Shown: one piece after another, positions 38,481-49,960 of the stretch
Position numbering within the stretch: position 1 is the stretch's first letter
How the letters are laid out: each line of letters starts with the position of its first letter
From: Rhynchobatus australiae
Lineage: Eukaryota
DNA length: 64,000 nucleotides
Assembly (NCBI GenBank): GCA_034780895.1
Contig: JAUZTB010000098.1
Coordinates: 74,056,990-74,120,989 of the forward strand
Direction: 5' to 3'
Position numbers and translations under genes: made by a program
The notes under the pieces: model-generated
What the model saw: the letters and a program-made list of their open reading frames with translations, nothing else
Told to the model about the DNA's origin: nothing
Databases searched by the model: none

Positions 38481-39094
38481 TACAGAATATGTCTGTCATT
38501 TGCTTTGTATTAGAAGCTTCATACAAAATATTTAGTTTTCTGTACTCATTTACTTTGAATTATTAAATAATTACAAGGTCTGGAGTACAGCAATTTGCAA
38601 AGCACACATCTTTATCCTCATTTTCTTTGAGTTTGTATCTAAGTATGAAATAGCTTGGCAAATTTGTCCAAAGTTGAAAACTGTTATGAGTACTATACTG
38701 GAGTCTAATTTTTCCACCAAGCAAGTAAAATTGTGGCTGGTAGTGGAATCTTTGGTTTACAGGTGCAGAAAGAATTGCTCAGTTTTCTAAACTTAGCATT
38801 TATTTTTCAAATGTTGGTGCAAGATAAACTAAAGGTCATATTTTGCATTTGCTTAATTTCAATCACAGCTGCTTAAAGGCACTTTGCAATAATTTCTCTC
38901 ATCTGATAATACCTACCTTATTCATCCATTAGCTTTTCCTTATACTGCATGCTGCTTAAAACTGTCCATTGGTCAGAACTACTTTAAGCTGAATGTCGCT
39001 GGTTGACTTTCCACTTGGCCTCAGTCCATCCCTTCTGATAGCATTCAGTCAGGGGAAAAAAATGTGGCCGGATATCTTGATGAAACTCAAAAAA

Positions 39095-40100
39095 AAACAA
39101 ACGAAAAAAACTGCAGAAGCTGGAAGTCTGAAATAAAACCAGAAAATGGTTGGCGTAATCAGCAGATCAGGAAGCATCTGTGGAAAGAGAAGCAGAATTA
39201 ATATTTCAGGGTCATGTGAAGGGTCCATGACCCTTCAGAACTGGGAAGAAGAGAAAAGAAGTTGATATCAAACTTCAAGAAGGATGAATAGGATAAAGGG
39301 AATCTCTCCAAGGTGAGGCTCGGGTTGGCCTGGAGATGAGCTGTAAAACTGGTCATCTGTTTGATTGGTTAAGGGGGGGGGGGCATTAGGGAAGGAGAAT
39401 GTGGTTCTTTATTCAAAAGCTATGAAAAGAGGGCAGTTAGATTGTAAAGAGTTGCAAGTACAGGGCTGCAGGACATACCAAGCAGGCTGCACTAATGAAG
39501 AGAAACTGAGCTAATATTGCAATGGATGACCTAACCCATTCTGATACAGAGTCTGGAAGGTTACCAAGTGCCCTGACACAAGATGGGGTGTTATTTCTTG
39601 AGCTTGTGTTTAGCAGTGCCCACAGACAGGTCACAGTGGGATAGGGAATTAAAGTGGTAGGCACTGGGAAGCTTGGGATTTATCTCTGTGGACTGAAGGC
39701 AAGTGCTCTGCAAAGCAGTTGCCCAACATGTGATGCATGTTTCTTTATCAAAGAAACCAAATGCAGCATAATAGATTAGTGCAAGAAAGCCATTTTCACT
39801 GGGAGGAGATGCAAGGACAGGTGCTGTATGCCTCCCAATTGCATGGGAAAGTGAGTGGTTAGTGGAAGGGGAAGAGTGGACTAGGGAGTTGCAAAGGAAA
39901 TTGTCCTTTTTAAGGGTCAGAGGAGCAGAAAATATGCCTAATGAAGCTTGTTGAAGGTGACAAATTGCAAAGGATGAACTGTTGTGTATGGAGGCTGTTG
40001 GGTGTGGGGGGGTGAAGACCAGTGAAGCTCTGTCCCGAAGGAAAGAGCGTGACAGGTGAAGTGGGGAAAGTAAATGAGATGCAGTCAAGCATGGTTAATT
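39095..40100 (-). mobile_element. Penelope-like retroelement: GIY-YIG endonuclease region plus 3' end, decayed
   Basis: ORF 39591-40088 and adjacent frames give DRASLVFT..HP..LCNSLVHSS..PKLPSAYHFNSLSH.DLSV, matching the vertebrate Penelope motifs DRVPLVLTYHP, LRDSLVHS and PVA.HFNS..H. It ends in the recurrent end repeat. Confidence 0.85.
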
Positions 40101-40874
40101 ANNNNNNNNNNNNNNNNNNNNNNNNNNNNNNNNNNNNNNNNNNNNNNNNNNNNNNNNNNNNNNNNNNNNNNNNNNNNNNNNNNNNNNNNNNNNNNNNNNN
40201 NNNNNNNNNNNNNNNNNNNNNNNNNNNNNNNNNNNNNNNNNNNNNNNNNNNNNNNNNNNNNNNNNNNNNNNNNNNNNNNNNNNNNNNNNNNNNNNNNNNN
40301 NNNNNNNNNNNNNNNNNNNNNNNNNNNNNNNNNNNNNNNNNNNNNNNNNNNNNNNNNNNNNNNNNNNNNNNNNNNNNNNNNNNNNNNNNNNNNNNNNNNN
40401 NNNNNNNNNNNNNNNNNNNNGCATCTCATTTACTTTCCCCACTTCACCTGTCACGCTCTTTCCTTCGGGACAGAGCTTCACTGGTCTTCACCCCCCCCAC
40501 CCAATAGCCTCCATACACAACAGTTCATCCTTTGCAATTTGCCATAGTCACTCAAAATTTAATTTTCCTATGCCACCCCTACCAGCTTGACAAGTTCTAT
40601 AAACACCACCTACTCCTCCAATGAGCTTGCCACCTGCATAGAGTAATTTTTCTCTCTGGTTTTGTTTTGCATCTCTATCCTCTACACATCTTTTCAAAGT
40701 GTACCTCTTTGCCTTCTCTAACCCTGCAACCTACTTAGTGTTGAATTCCATTCTTCCTGCAAGCAACATTAAAATAGGTTTCTAAAGTAAAAGACAAGTT
40801 CAAGTGGCCCTATATTATGAATAATTAGCAGTTCTTAAAGTATGGTTAACAATTATTTGGAAAACATTTTAAGA

Positions 40875-41165
40875 TGAGATATCTTTATTTGTCACATGTA
40901 CATCAAAACACATATTGAAATGCATCTTTTGCGCAAAGTGTTCTGGGGGCAGCCTGCAAGTGTCACCATGCTTCTGGTGCCAACATAGCATGCCCACAAC
41001 TTCCTAACCTGTACGTCTTTGGAATGTGGGAGGAAACCGGAGCACCAGGAAGAAACCCATGCAAACACATGGAGAATGTACAAACTCCTTACAGACAGTG
41101 GCTGGAATTGAACCTGGGTCGCTGGCGCTGTAATAGCATTATGCTAACCACTACACTACTTTGCC
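40875..41165 (-). mobile_element. tRNA-derived V-domain SINE with Rex1-like 3' tail
   Basis: The - strand has A box TGTAGTGGTTAGC, B box GGTTCAATTCC, V core GTTTGTACATTCTCC..GGGTTTCTTCCTGGTGCTCCGGTTTCCTCCCACATTCCAAAGA, and tail GATGTACATGTGACAAATAAAG. Confidence 0.9.
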
Positions 41166-42924
41166 ATGTGATAACAATTTTCTTTTTGTTCGTTGTTTCC
41201 AGACATTTACCATTTGTGCTTAAGACACACATTGGAGGTCTGTGATCTAATGGACACACCTGAGATTTCTGTCTTCTGATGGATGTTAACAGAAGAGCTG
41301 CATTTCATGTGGTATGTCACATTTATTTTCATTGCCATTCTGTATGCAATTATTTTACCAGTGCTTTGTTATTCATTGACTAAGATATGTCAAGTGTCTG
41401 TTTATCATTGTTTGCCTACAGTGGGCATTGTAACTTCTGCAGACTTTGGTGCATTCAGCTGGAACTGGCTTTAAAGCATCCTTGACTTCTTAATTGATAA
41501 GTTAATATCTACGGAATACAAAGCAAAGCTTTGAATGCAGTCTCTTTAACTATCATCAGATAACAGAAGCAGCAGTGTGGATTTATTACTAATTTCTCAA
41601 TGTGAATAGATGTGAAACTACATCTTGCTGTATAGATGTATTGCCTTTTCACAATCTGTAATGGTCCTTTGATTGAAGATGCAAAGAAAAATACTGCAGA
41701 AATTGGAAATCAGAAATATAGATAGAAAATATTGGCAGAAAAACTAGACAGACCATACTAGTACTCCTTAGCTTGTTGGACAACAATTATGGAGAAGGGG
41801 TAAAAGGGAAATTTTTAGATCTGTGATCCTTTAATAGAGCCAGAAGGTATTACAGACCTGAAAATGTAACTAATCTAGGTACTTTATCTAGATGTTCCCT
41901 AAGGTACTGCATTTTTTCTTCATGTGCATTAATGTGAGCATATTGTTAAAATTCAAGATAATCTCATGCTTGATTCACATACATACTCTGATGTTAGAAA
42001 TTGTTAGGGAGTACAAGGTCTCCCTATATACATAAGAGTTCTAATATTTGTAGGTCTTTGACAGTCATGATCACTGCATAATGCTGACTGTTCTGGCAGA
42101 TGTGAGTTTTCTGAATCTAGATTCTCATCCTTTATTGCTCACAGTAGTGTTACTAGCATTATGTTTTATTCTATTATTTTAATTAGGCCTGAGAAGACAT
42201 TTAGTTAATTTCAGGCAAACAAGAAAACATTTTCTTCTCTACTCAGCAAGTGCAGAAAGACTTTGTTTTTTCAGTTGTTGGAAGCAATTGAATTCCAGCT
42301 TGGAGACCAAGCTAATCATTTGGGGTTGCACACAGTTCAGGGATATGACGAAGTTGCAGCAAACAGTTGTTGTGTTTTGAATCCTCCAGGTAATGGTTTA
42401 ATGGAAAGATGTCTTTTTATATCTCACGTCGGTGTTCCGAAGCTAAGGGTAATAACGAAATGATCAGATTTTGCTGACTCTCTTGGAATTCTTGTGCATG
42501 ATGATTTCTGAGATTGCTTAATTGATAGGTCAAATAACTTGCTGTAACTCCTTGTCCAGACTTCTCAGAATGTTTACTTTGGTGGAATATTGGAGGACTG
42601 CAGAGGGCCTTATAATATTCTGGCATGTCGATGATTTTGCAACATTGCTGCAAGGTAAAATAATGGCCCATGTTGGGGAAATAATTCCTATCTGTTTCAT
42701 CTCATTTACGGAAGTATTTTACAGGGAAGAAATTAAAGTCGGGATCCATGGCACATAAAACAAAAATTTTTCACTGTATCACGGTACAAGTGATAATAAT
42801 AAACCAATTGCAATTCCAGCTCANNNNNNNNNNAAGGACCAAAATCTTTAGGAGGAGAATGAAATTGATAGAATTGGAGATTAGGACTGATTACTTAGTG
42901 TAAAGTATTTTGAGACATATTACA

Positions 42925-43085
42925 GCAATTGTTGCTAATTGGAGCAAAAAAAACAACTGCTGGAAGAATTCAGTGGGTCAAGCAGCATCTGTAGAGATAA
43001 AGGGATCATTGGTGTTTCAGGTCAGGTCGAGACCCCACATCAGGATATTTGCTCCAGATTCCAGCATCTGCAACCTCTTGTGTCT
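42925..43085. mobile_element. Partly fold-back Penelope-end-derived element
   Basis: GGAGCAAAAA..CTGCTGGAAGAATTCAG..GCAGCATCTGT is opposed by TTTGCTCCAGATTCCAGCATCTGCA. The - strand core reads CTGATGTGGGGTCTCGACC. Confidence 0.7.
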
Positions 43086-43984
43086 CCATATTACTCATTG
43101 AAGCTGCATATGCAGAAGGAACTAATGCAGAGTTTCTGATGTACAGGAATTACACAGAATGGGATGTTTCTCATCAAGGTCCCATCACTTTTGAAATCCT
43201 TATGATGACTTTTTATGAAATCTTGTCAATGTGAAGGTGGTCTAAAAGCTAGAAATCCGCCAGTGGAGGAAAGTATATGTCTAACATTTATTATGGTGTT
43301 AAACGTCATCTACTATGGTACTATCTACTCCACCTCTTCAAGTGCCATTAATTACAAGGGTCATCTCGCAGTTGTTCTCTAAGAATAGCCAATTGGCTGA
43401 GATACCATTGTGTCAATCCAAACTCTGGGTAGTGGTTTGAATTTCATGTACAGATGCCATCATACACAAACTCTATCCAGTCGTCACTTGAAACAATGGA
43501 CAATTCATGGGTAGGGCTTCAAGAAGCGCCAAAGTGATCCTAGGAGCAGCACAGGCTCCATCATTCAAATTGTCTTCTATAATTGTCTCTGTTAGCCTTA
43601 AGAGAAGGGAAAAAGAGAATAGTTGTCCATTCCTGAAATTTGACCTTGGAAGCACTGCTGTTGACAGAATGTGTGTTATTACATTTAGAAAATATATATA
43701 AAAGCTAGCTGTTATACCTTCTTCTGAGGACAAATTTCCCATTCACCTATTCACACATTTCCTTCTTGTCCATCGTCATTGGCCACGTACTTTGCAGCAA
43801 CAACTTTATCTGGGAATTTGGGTACAGCAGCCTGTATCATCTAGAGTAGAATCTGGGAGGGAGGCTGGGGCAGCGGTGGTATTTCAAAGAACTTGGCAAT
43901 TGATAATTTTCTGTATCAGCTATTTAAAGCCTGTTTGAAATTGCAGTTAATGCCATTGAGTGATCTATGCCAAGCTGTGTGGTA

Positions 43985-44165
43985 TAATGTAAGCTCACCT
44001 GTACGGTACCCCAGTGATGTATAGTGACGGACCTGAGCCCACCTGTACTCAGTGTTATGCAGTGATTGACCAGTGCCCGGCATTACTATACTCTTATTAC
44101 ACAGTCAGAGATCTGTGCTCACCAGGACTGTGCCAGTGAGTTACAGTGACAGACATGCACCTGCT
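43985..44165. repeat. Degenerate minisatellite, unit about 40-45 bp, about 4 copies
   Basis: Recurrent CACC(T/A)G(T/G)AC..CAGTG..TA(T/C)AGTGAC.GAC units. Confidence 0.7.
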
Positions 44166-45234
44166 GGTTTATGTTTAGATGAAGGAGCTGCAAATCAGTG
44201 AGGATANNNNNNNNNNCTATTTGGACTTGGTGTGAATGATTGTTACACCAGACATAGCTGCAATATAATTGCATGAGGAAACTCTGGGAAGAGAACTAGT
44301 GAATATGTCCTTATCGTATCCTTTAGATCCATTCATGTGAACTTAGAACTGCCTGTATATGATGTTTTGTTTTCTTTTCAGGAAGTAAGTATTTATTGTT
44401 ATTGGTGACAGTGTGCTAGTTTAAATAATTGGTTTTAACTCCTCAAACTGTGCTTTTATGTCAATGGGTAATATTTTTCATCACACAAACAGTGCACCAA
44501 CCCAATACAACTGTTACACTGGATTGCGGTTGACATTAGAAGCTTATTCTAAATTTTTGCCTCTTGTTGTTTGGTCTTATCAGTAGCATGCAGCAGCTAA
44601 TGGTTTCTAAAAGCATGAGACCTATGTTTTTTCAAATTTTTTTAGGCACAGAAGGGAATTTGTGTTATTCTCAGTGAAGCATGTTAGGAAATGAACCTCT
44701 TGCCTATTTTGAGTTTCTATTATCTTGGAACTCTTGGTCTTCACTACAATGAAGCCTAATGTGGAGAGTGTTTTGTTTTTTTCCTGTCCTGGGGAATTTT
44801 AATAAGTAGTTTCTTGTATCCTGATAGATCAGAATCCAGAGTCTTCCAATTCTTGGTGATTATTTTTAAAAAAATTCATTTAAAATCAAAGTGCTGTTGG
44901 TTCCTTTTTAAAAAAAATCTTTTGAGAATTGTATGTCTTTGCTCTCCCAACCTCCAAAAAGCTTCCCATGCTGCTGATGTGCAGATTTGCCATTTCTAAT
45001 CTTGTCCAAATGAAATTAATGAGTTGTTGCCACTAGGACTAAGATCAAGATCACCCCTGCTTATTTCATGTACAGCCCTTGCAATCAATATTTTTGTCCT
45101 ATCTGTCTGCATCAAATTTTAGTTTGGGGAAATAAAAGGAAATTGTGTTAATTTAGTAGGTTTTTTTTTCACTTTCCCAAATCTCTTCCCCTTGATCAAT
45201 TGTGTTTGCAAACAAATGATTTTATATGTGTAGC

Positions 45235-45425
45235 AATACACAAAAAATGCTGGAGCAACTCAGAGGTCAGGCAGCATCCATGGAGGGAAATAAACAGTCG
45301 ACATTTTGGGCTGAGACCCTTTAAGACCGGAAAAGAAGATGGCAGAAGTCAGAATAAGAAGGTGGGGGAAGGGAGAGGAGCACACTCAGGCAGGGGATAG
45401 GTGAGTTCAGATGATAGGCGAGTCC
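45235..45425 (-). mobile_element. Penelope 3' end remnant
   Basis: AAAATGCTGGAGCAACTCAGAGGTCAGGCAGCATCCATGGAGGGAAATAAACAGTCGACATTTTGGGCTGAGACCCT. Confidence 0.75.
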
Positions 45426-45789
45426 AGGTGTACACAATCTTACGTGTGTATGTGCATTTGACTTTGCAATGAAATCTGTACGCAGATCCAAATAGTCCAA
45501 AATTCTGAGCTATTTGTGTATTTATTACATGCACCCAGGCAATGCCTCTATTAAAAAGTCTTTACATTTTCAGTTTGCTCATGTGCAAGTTAGTAGTAAT
45601 ATGGCAAATAATTTGGGATTCCATTTGCAGTCTTGCAACCAAACAGTTAATTCTTTGCATTGATGTTTTGTCCTATTTCAATTTTGTAAGATATTGGTAN
45701 NNNNNNNNNNNNNNNNNNNNNNNTTTTAAATCACAACACATGATTCCAGCTGTACCAGCAATTTGAAATGTATGCAAATAGAAGTGGAA

Positions 45790-46230
45790 AAGGCCACATA
45801 GCCAATTGAGTCCTTTTTTTGTCCATTTAGTAAGGTTGCTGCTGATTTCCCTACCTCATTCACAAACACAGCTGATCTATATCCCTTACGGTCCAAAAAT
45901 CTATTGATCTCAGCCTTGAAAATACACAATGACTGAGCATCCTTAGCCCTCCAGGGTAAAAATTCCAAAGAATTGCAATCCTGTGAATAAATAAACTTTT
46001 CATTATTAGTGCCTTAGATGGTTGAATGCTTTTTGTGAGACACTGTGGCCCCCGGTTCCAGAACAGTGAGATGAAACTGCCTTTAATCGAATGCTCTCTA
46101 AATTTCTCTAGAATATTTGTTTCTATTTTGTCAACTCTCCTAGACTCTGCGAGGGGGGGAAAGCCTGTCCTACACAACCTTTCAATACTGCACATCCTCC
46201 AAATCAAGCTCATTCTTCTTTGAATACAGA
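45790..46230 (-). mobile_element. CR1 LINE 3' end
   Basis: ORFs 45726-45968 and 45860-46213: FIHRIAILWNF..AQSLCIFKAEINRFLD. Confidence 0.8.
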
Positions 46231-47259
46231 ATAAAACCAGTTATGTTCTTAACAACCTGCTTTGTGTCGGAGATCTCATTTCAGCTGTTTATATTTATCT
46301 TTTAATAATAGCTGCATTAAGCAAATCAGAATCTGCTTTCCTTGTAGGACCTGAGAATGTGGTCAGTAATTCAGAGTATTAGCTTAATAACAATGTATTC
46401 TAGTTTCCTGCATTTAATTACTTTTTGCTCTTTCTATTTTAACTCCTGCCTTAACATATGTATCTGTTTAATTTTCTCTGAGCCATTCTTTACTTGGTTT
46501 AGAATTAGAATCTACAGTGTAGTGAAGAGGGGCAAGAGGATATCTTTCCCATTTGTTTTGATAAAAGAATAAACTCTTTTTGGGGAAAAATAAAGTATAC
46601 ATTTTATATATTCATTCTGCAGTGTTCATCTGGTTCTTGTTGGTTTCTGAACTACCTCGGAAATATTAATCTGACTGTGGAAGTCTGGGTCATGACATTT
46701 AACTTCACAGGAGTTGTCTTTTTGACCAGAAGGCATGATCTTGGGAGTGATGTGTTGCATTAGGATCCTATATCTAGATCAGCTTATAAATTGGGAAACA
46801 TGGTAATTGAACTATNNNNNNGACGTGTTCAGCCAAATTGCAGAATTACCTGACTATTTATAGTGACCGTCACAAAATGACACTAAGTGTTTTGTAAGGC
46901 AATTGGATCAACATTTAATTATCTAAAAATAACTATTCTATTTTGTAATGAAATACTTTTAACCTGGTTTTTCCAGTGGAGTCTGGGATTCAAACAAGTT
47001 TACTTTGGTTCTCATTATGAGTTTACTGTTTTTGTTTCTTTGAATTAGGCCAGTGATGACAGAACTGAGGTTGGTTACTGGTAGCATTTACTTTTTATTC
47101 ATGGCATACAGTGGATTTTGCTAAGGTAAAGGTGAACCAGGTATCTTTAAAAGATGGGTTGGGTTCCTGCTGTCTTGCCAATCCGAGAACAAGTAAAGAA
47201 AATGCACCATCACATCCACCATTTTCCTCTCTATCCCACCTTACCCTATATTATCCATG

Positions 47260-49960
47260 CAGTAAGTTCCTGATTCACAATCCCTGAACTTGGTACGGCA
47301 GCACTGCAGGAGTACCTTTTACCAAGAGCTGCAGTGGTTAAAACTTGTTGCCACTCGTGATGATGTACTAGTTAGTTTACTGCATACTGGTAATCCAGAG
47401 GACTGGACTAACGATGTAGATATTCTAGTTTGGATCTCACAATGGCAACTCTAAAATTCAAATCTGGTTTAAAGGACTTGTAATGAAAACTACAAAAGGC
47501 ATTGGATTGCTGTAAAATATTACATCTGGTTTACTAATGTCTTTCATTTAGGGAAATCTGTTGTTCCATCTTGGAGTGCATGTAACTCCAGACCCACACC
47601 ACGACATTCCCTGAAACGGCTTAGTAAGGCATTCAATTATGATAACTGCCTCATTTTAGAAATAAACACATTGATTACTGGCATCATCCAAGGCATAAAG
47701 TTGCTCTCAGCCCAGTTGACCTTCAAAGTTATCACAACCAGCTGGAGGCAAGTGCCTACATTGGAAGAGCTGCTTCATAGAGGAGTGAGCAACAAGATGA
47801 TACAGCTGTCCTCATAGAATCACACCATGCATATAATGTGCATAACTCCTCCATCGCAATACCAGTGTTCAGGTGGGAGGGAGTAGTCCTGGAGTCTTTA
47901 ATATTGACTCAGACTCTGAGGTTTCATGGCATCAGTTCAAATGTGAGAAGATAACTTACTTCTTACCACTTATCATTCTTCCTCAATTGATTGAGTGCTG
48001 CTCTATGTTGAACAACACTTAGAAGCAGCATTGATTATACCAGGACCGTGCAATGTTCTCTAGTTGGAAATATCCATGTCCAGCACCAACTTGGTAGCAT
48101 CATCGTGAGTGAGCTAGCTCACTCCAGAAAGACACAGCTGCTGGTCTCTCTGTGACTGATACATCTGTCTGTGACATCACCAGTAGCAGTGACCACTACG
48201 CAATCCTTAAGCAGACACATTCCTATCTTTATACTGAGGATACTCTCTACTACAATTGTGTTAAATGTAATAGACTCAGAACTGATCTGGTACTTCATAA
48301 TTGGGTACATATGAGGCACTTTGCACCATCAGCAACACCAGAAACGTATACTATTGCAGTTTGAAACCTCAGCCCAATGCATCTTTTGTTCTACCTTTAC
48401 AATCAAGCCAAGTGACCTACCTTGGTTCAATTAGAAATCCAGAAAGGCATGATTGCAGCTACATTTGAAATAAGGTGCCAGCCTGCTGAAACTGTAATAC
48501 ATGGCTACATGCATTCTAAAGAGCTAACAATGGATGGAGCTGTACTCTTGTAACCAATGGTTCAAACCAAAGCCCTGCAGTCCTGTCACATCTAGTTATG
48601 AATGGTGGTGGGTAATTTAAGGATTAATGGGAGGAGGAGGTGCCAGAAATATCCCCATCTCTAAAGATGGTGGGAGTCAGCATGTAATGCAAGTCTAAAG
48701 TGTTCATATCCAGGCTCATCCAGAAATGCTGAGTGGATGATCCATTTCAATTCCCTCCTGAGAGCCCCACTACAGAAACTAGTTTTCAGACAATTTGATG
48801 ATTCACTCTGTGTAATATCAAGGAATGACTGGGAGTACTGTACTTAACACAGGTTATGGGACCAGGCAGCATCCCTGCTCCCATAAAGATTGCACCCCAG
48901 AACCAGATACACATCCAGCCAACCTGTTCCAGTAGAGTTACAACACTGGGATCTACCTGACAATGTAAAAAGTTGTCCAAGTATGTGGTCTTCATAAAAA
49001 GCAGGACAAATCCAGTCCAGCTAATTACTGTTCAATCAGCCTATTCTCAAACATCAGGATGTTATTTGCAGGACTTGGGACAGCATCCTAAGCCAAACCA
49101 TATTCAGCTGCTTCATCAATGACTTTCCTTGCATCATAAGGTTAGTATGTGCTGATAAATGCACTATGTATAATTCCATTTCCCCTTCATCAGCAGATGA
49201 AACACTTCCCACTTGCATATGCCACACAAGTACCAGACAATAACCATATTCAACAAGTGTGATTAAAATCAGAAAATGCTGGAAGCACTCATCAGATCAG
49301 GCAGCACCTGCAGAAAGAGTTAATGATTCAACCTGAAATGTTAACTCTGTTTCTCTTTCTACAGATGCCGTATGACCTGAGTGTTTCCAACAACTTGTTT
49401 TTATCTCTGATATCCTGCATCTGCAGTTTTTATTTTCACCCAACAAGGTAGTCTCGCCACAGATCTTTGATGTTTAATGACATTGCAGTGGTTGAATACC
49501 CCACCATCAACAAACTGGGACCAGAAATTTAACTGATAGCCATGCTGGTCCAGGTCAGAGGTTGGATATTCTTAAATGAGTAACTCACCCAAAGCCTCTC
49601 CACCATTTACAAGCCACAAATCAGAATTATAATGGAGTACTGTTCAGTTGCATAGATGAGTACAACTGACATTCAATTCACCTTCTAGGACAAAGCAAGC
49701 ACACTTGATTGGTACCCCATCCACCATCTTAAATATTCATTCCATCACTGGCATACAATGACTGCAGTGTTTATCAGCTACAGAGTGTACTGACTTCTCC
49801 ACTGCTAGCCTCTTCCAACAGCACCTCCCCTGTAACCTGTACCACCTAATAGGACCAATGCTTCGTGAGCATGGGGTATGCAGATGCAAATTACCAAATG
49901 CATGTTCCCTCCCAAGTTGTGCAGAATCCTGACTTGGGAATATATTGTCACCATCATCCC
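47260..49960 (+). mobile_element. CR1/L2-group LINE, long decayed copy (EN + RT remnants)
   Basis: KKQDKSSPANYCSISLFS at about 49000 and SILSQTIFSCFINDFP at about 49080-49130. Its 3' part is shared with 24.9-25.6 kb. Confidence 0.8.
49258..49440. mobile_element. Fold-back Penelope-end element inserted in the LINE, with putative 7-bp TSD
   Basis: Inverted arms; CAACAAG at 49251-49257 and 49441-49447. Confidence 0.75.

Noticed and set aside
40022-40547. ORFs of 114-161 aa (also 14418-14831 and 19662-20103)
   Set aside because: They are open only because they run through N gaps.
41085-41165. tRNA gene
   Set aside because: The A and B boxes belong to a SINE head that runs into the V domain; there is no complete cloverleaf.
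43985-44165. CRISPR-like periodic repeat
   Set aside because: Eukaryotic context, degenerate tandem units without unique spacers, and no cas genes.
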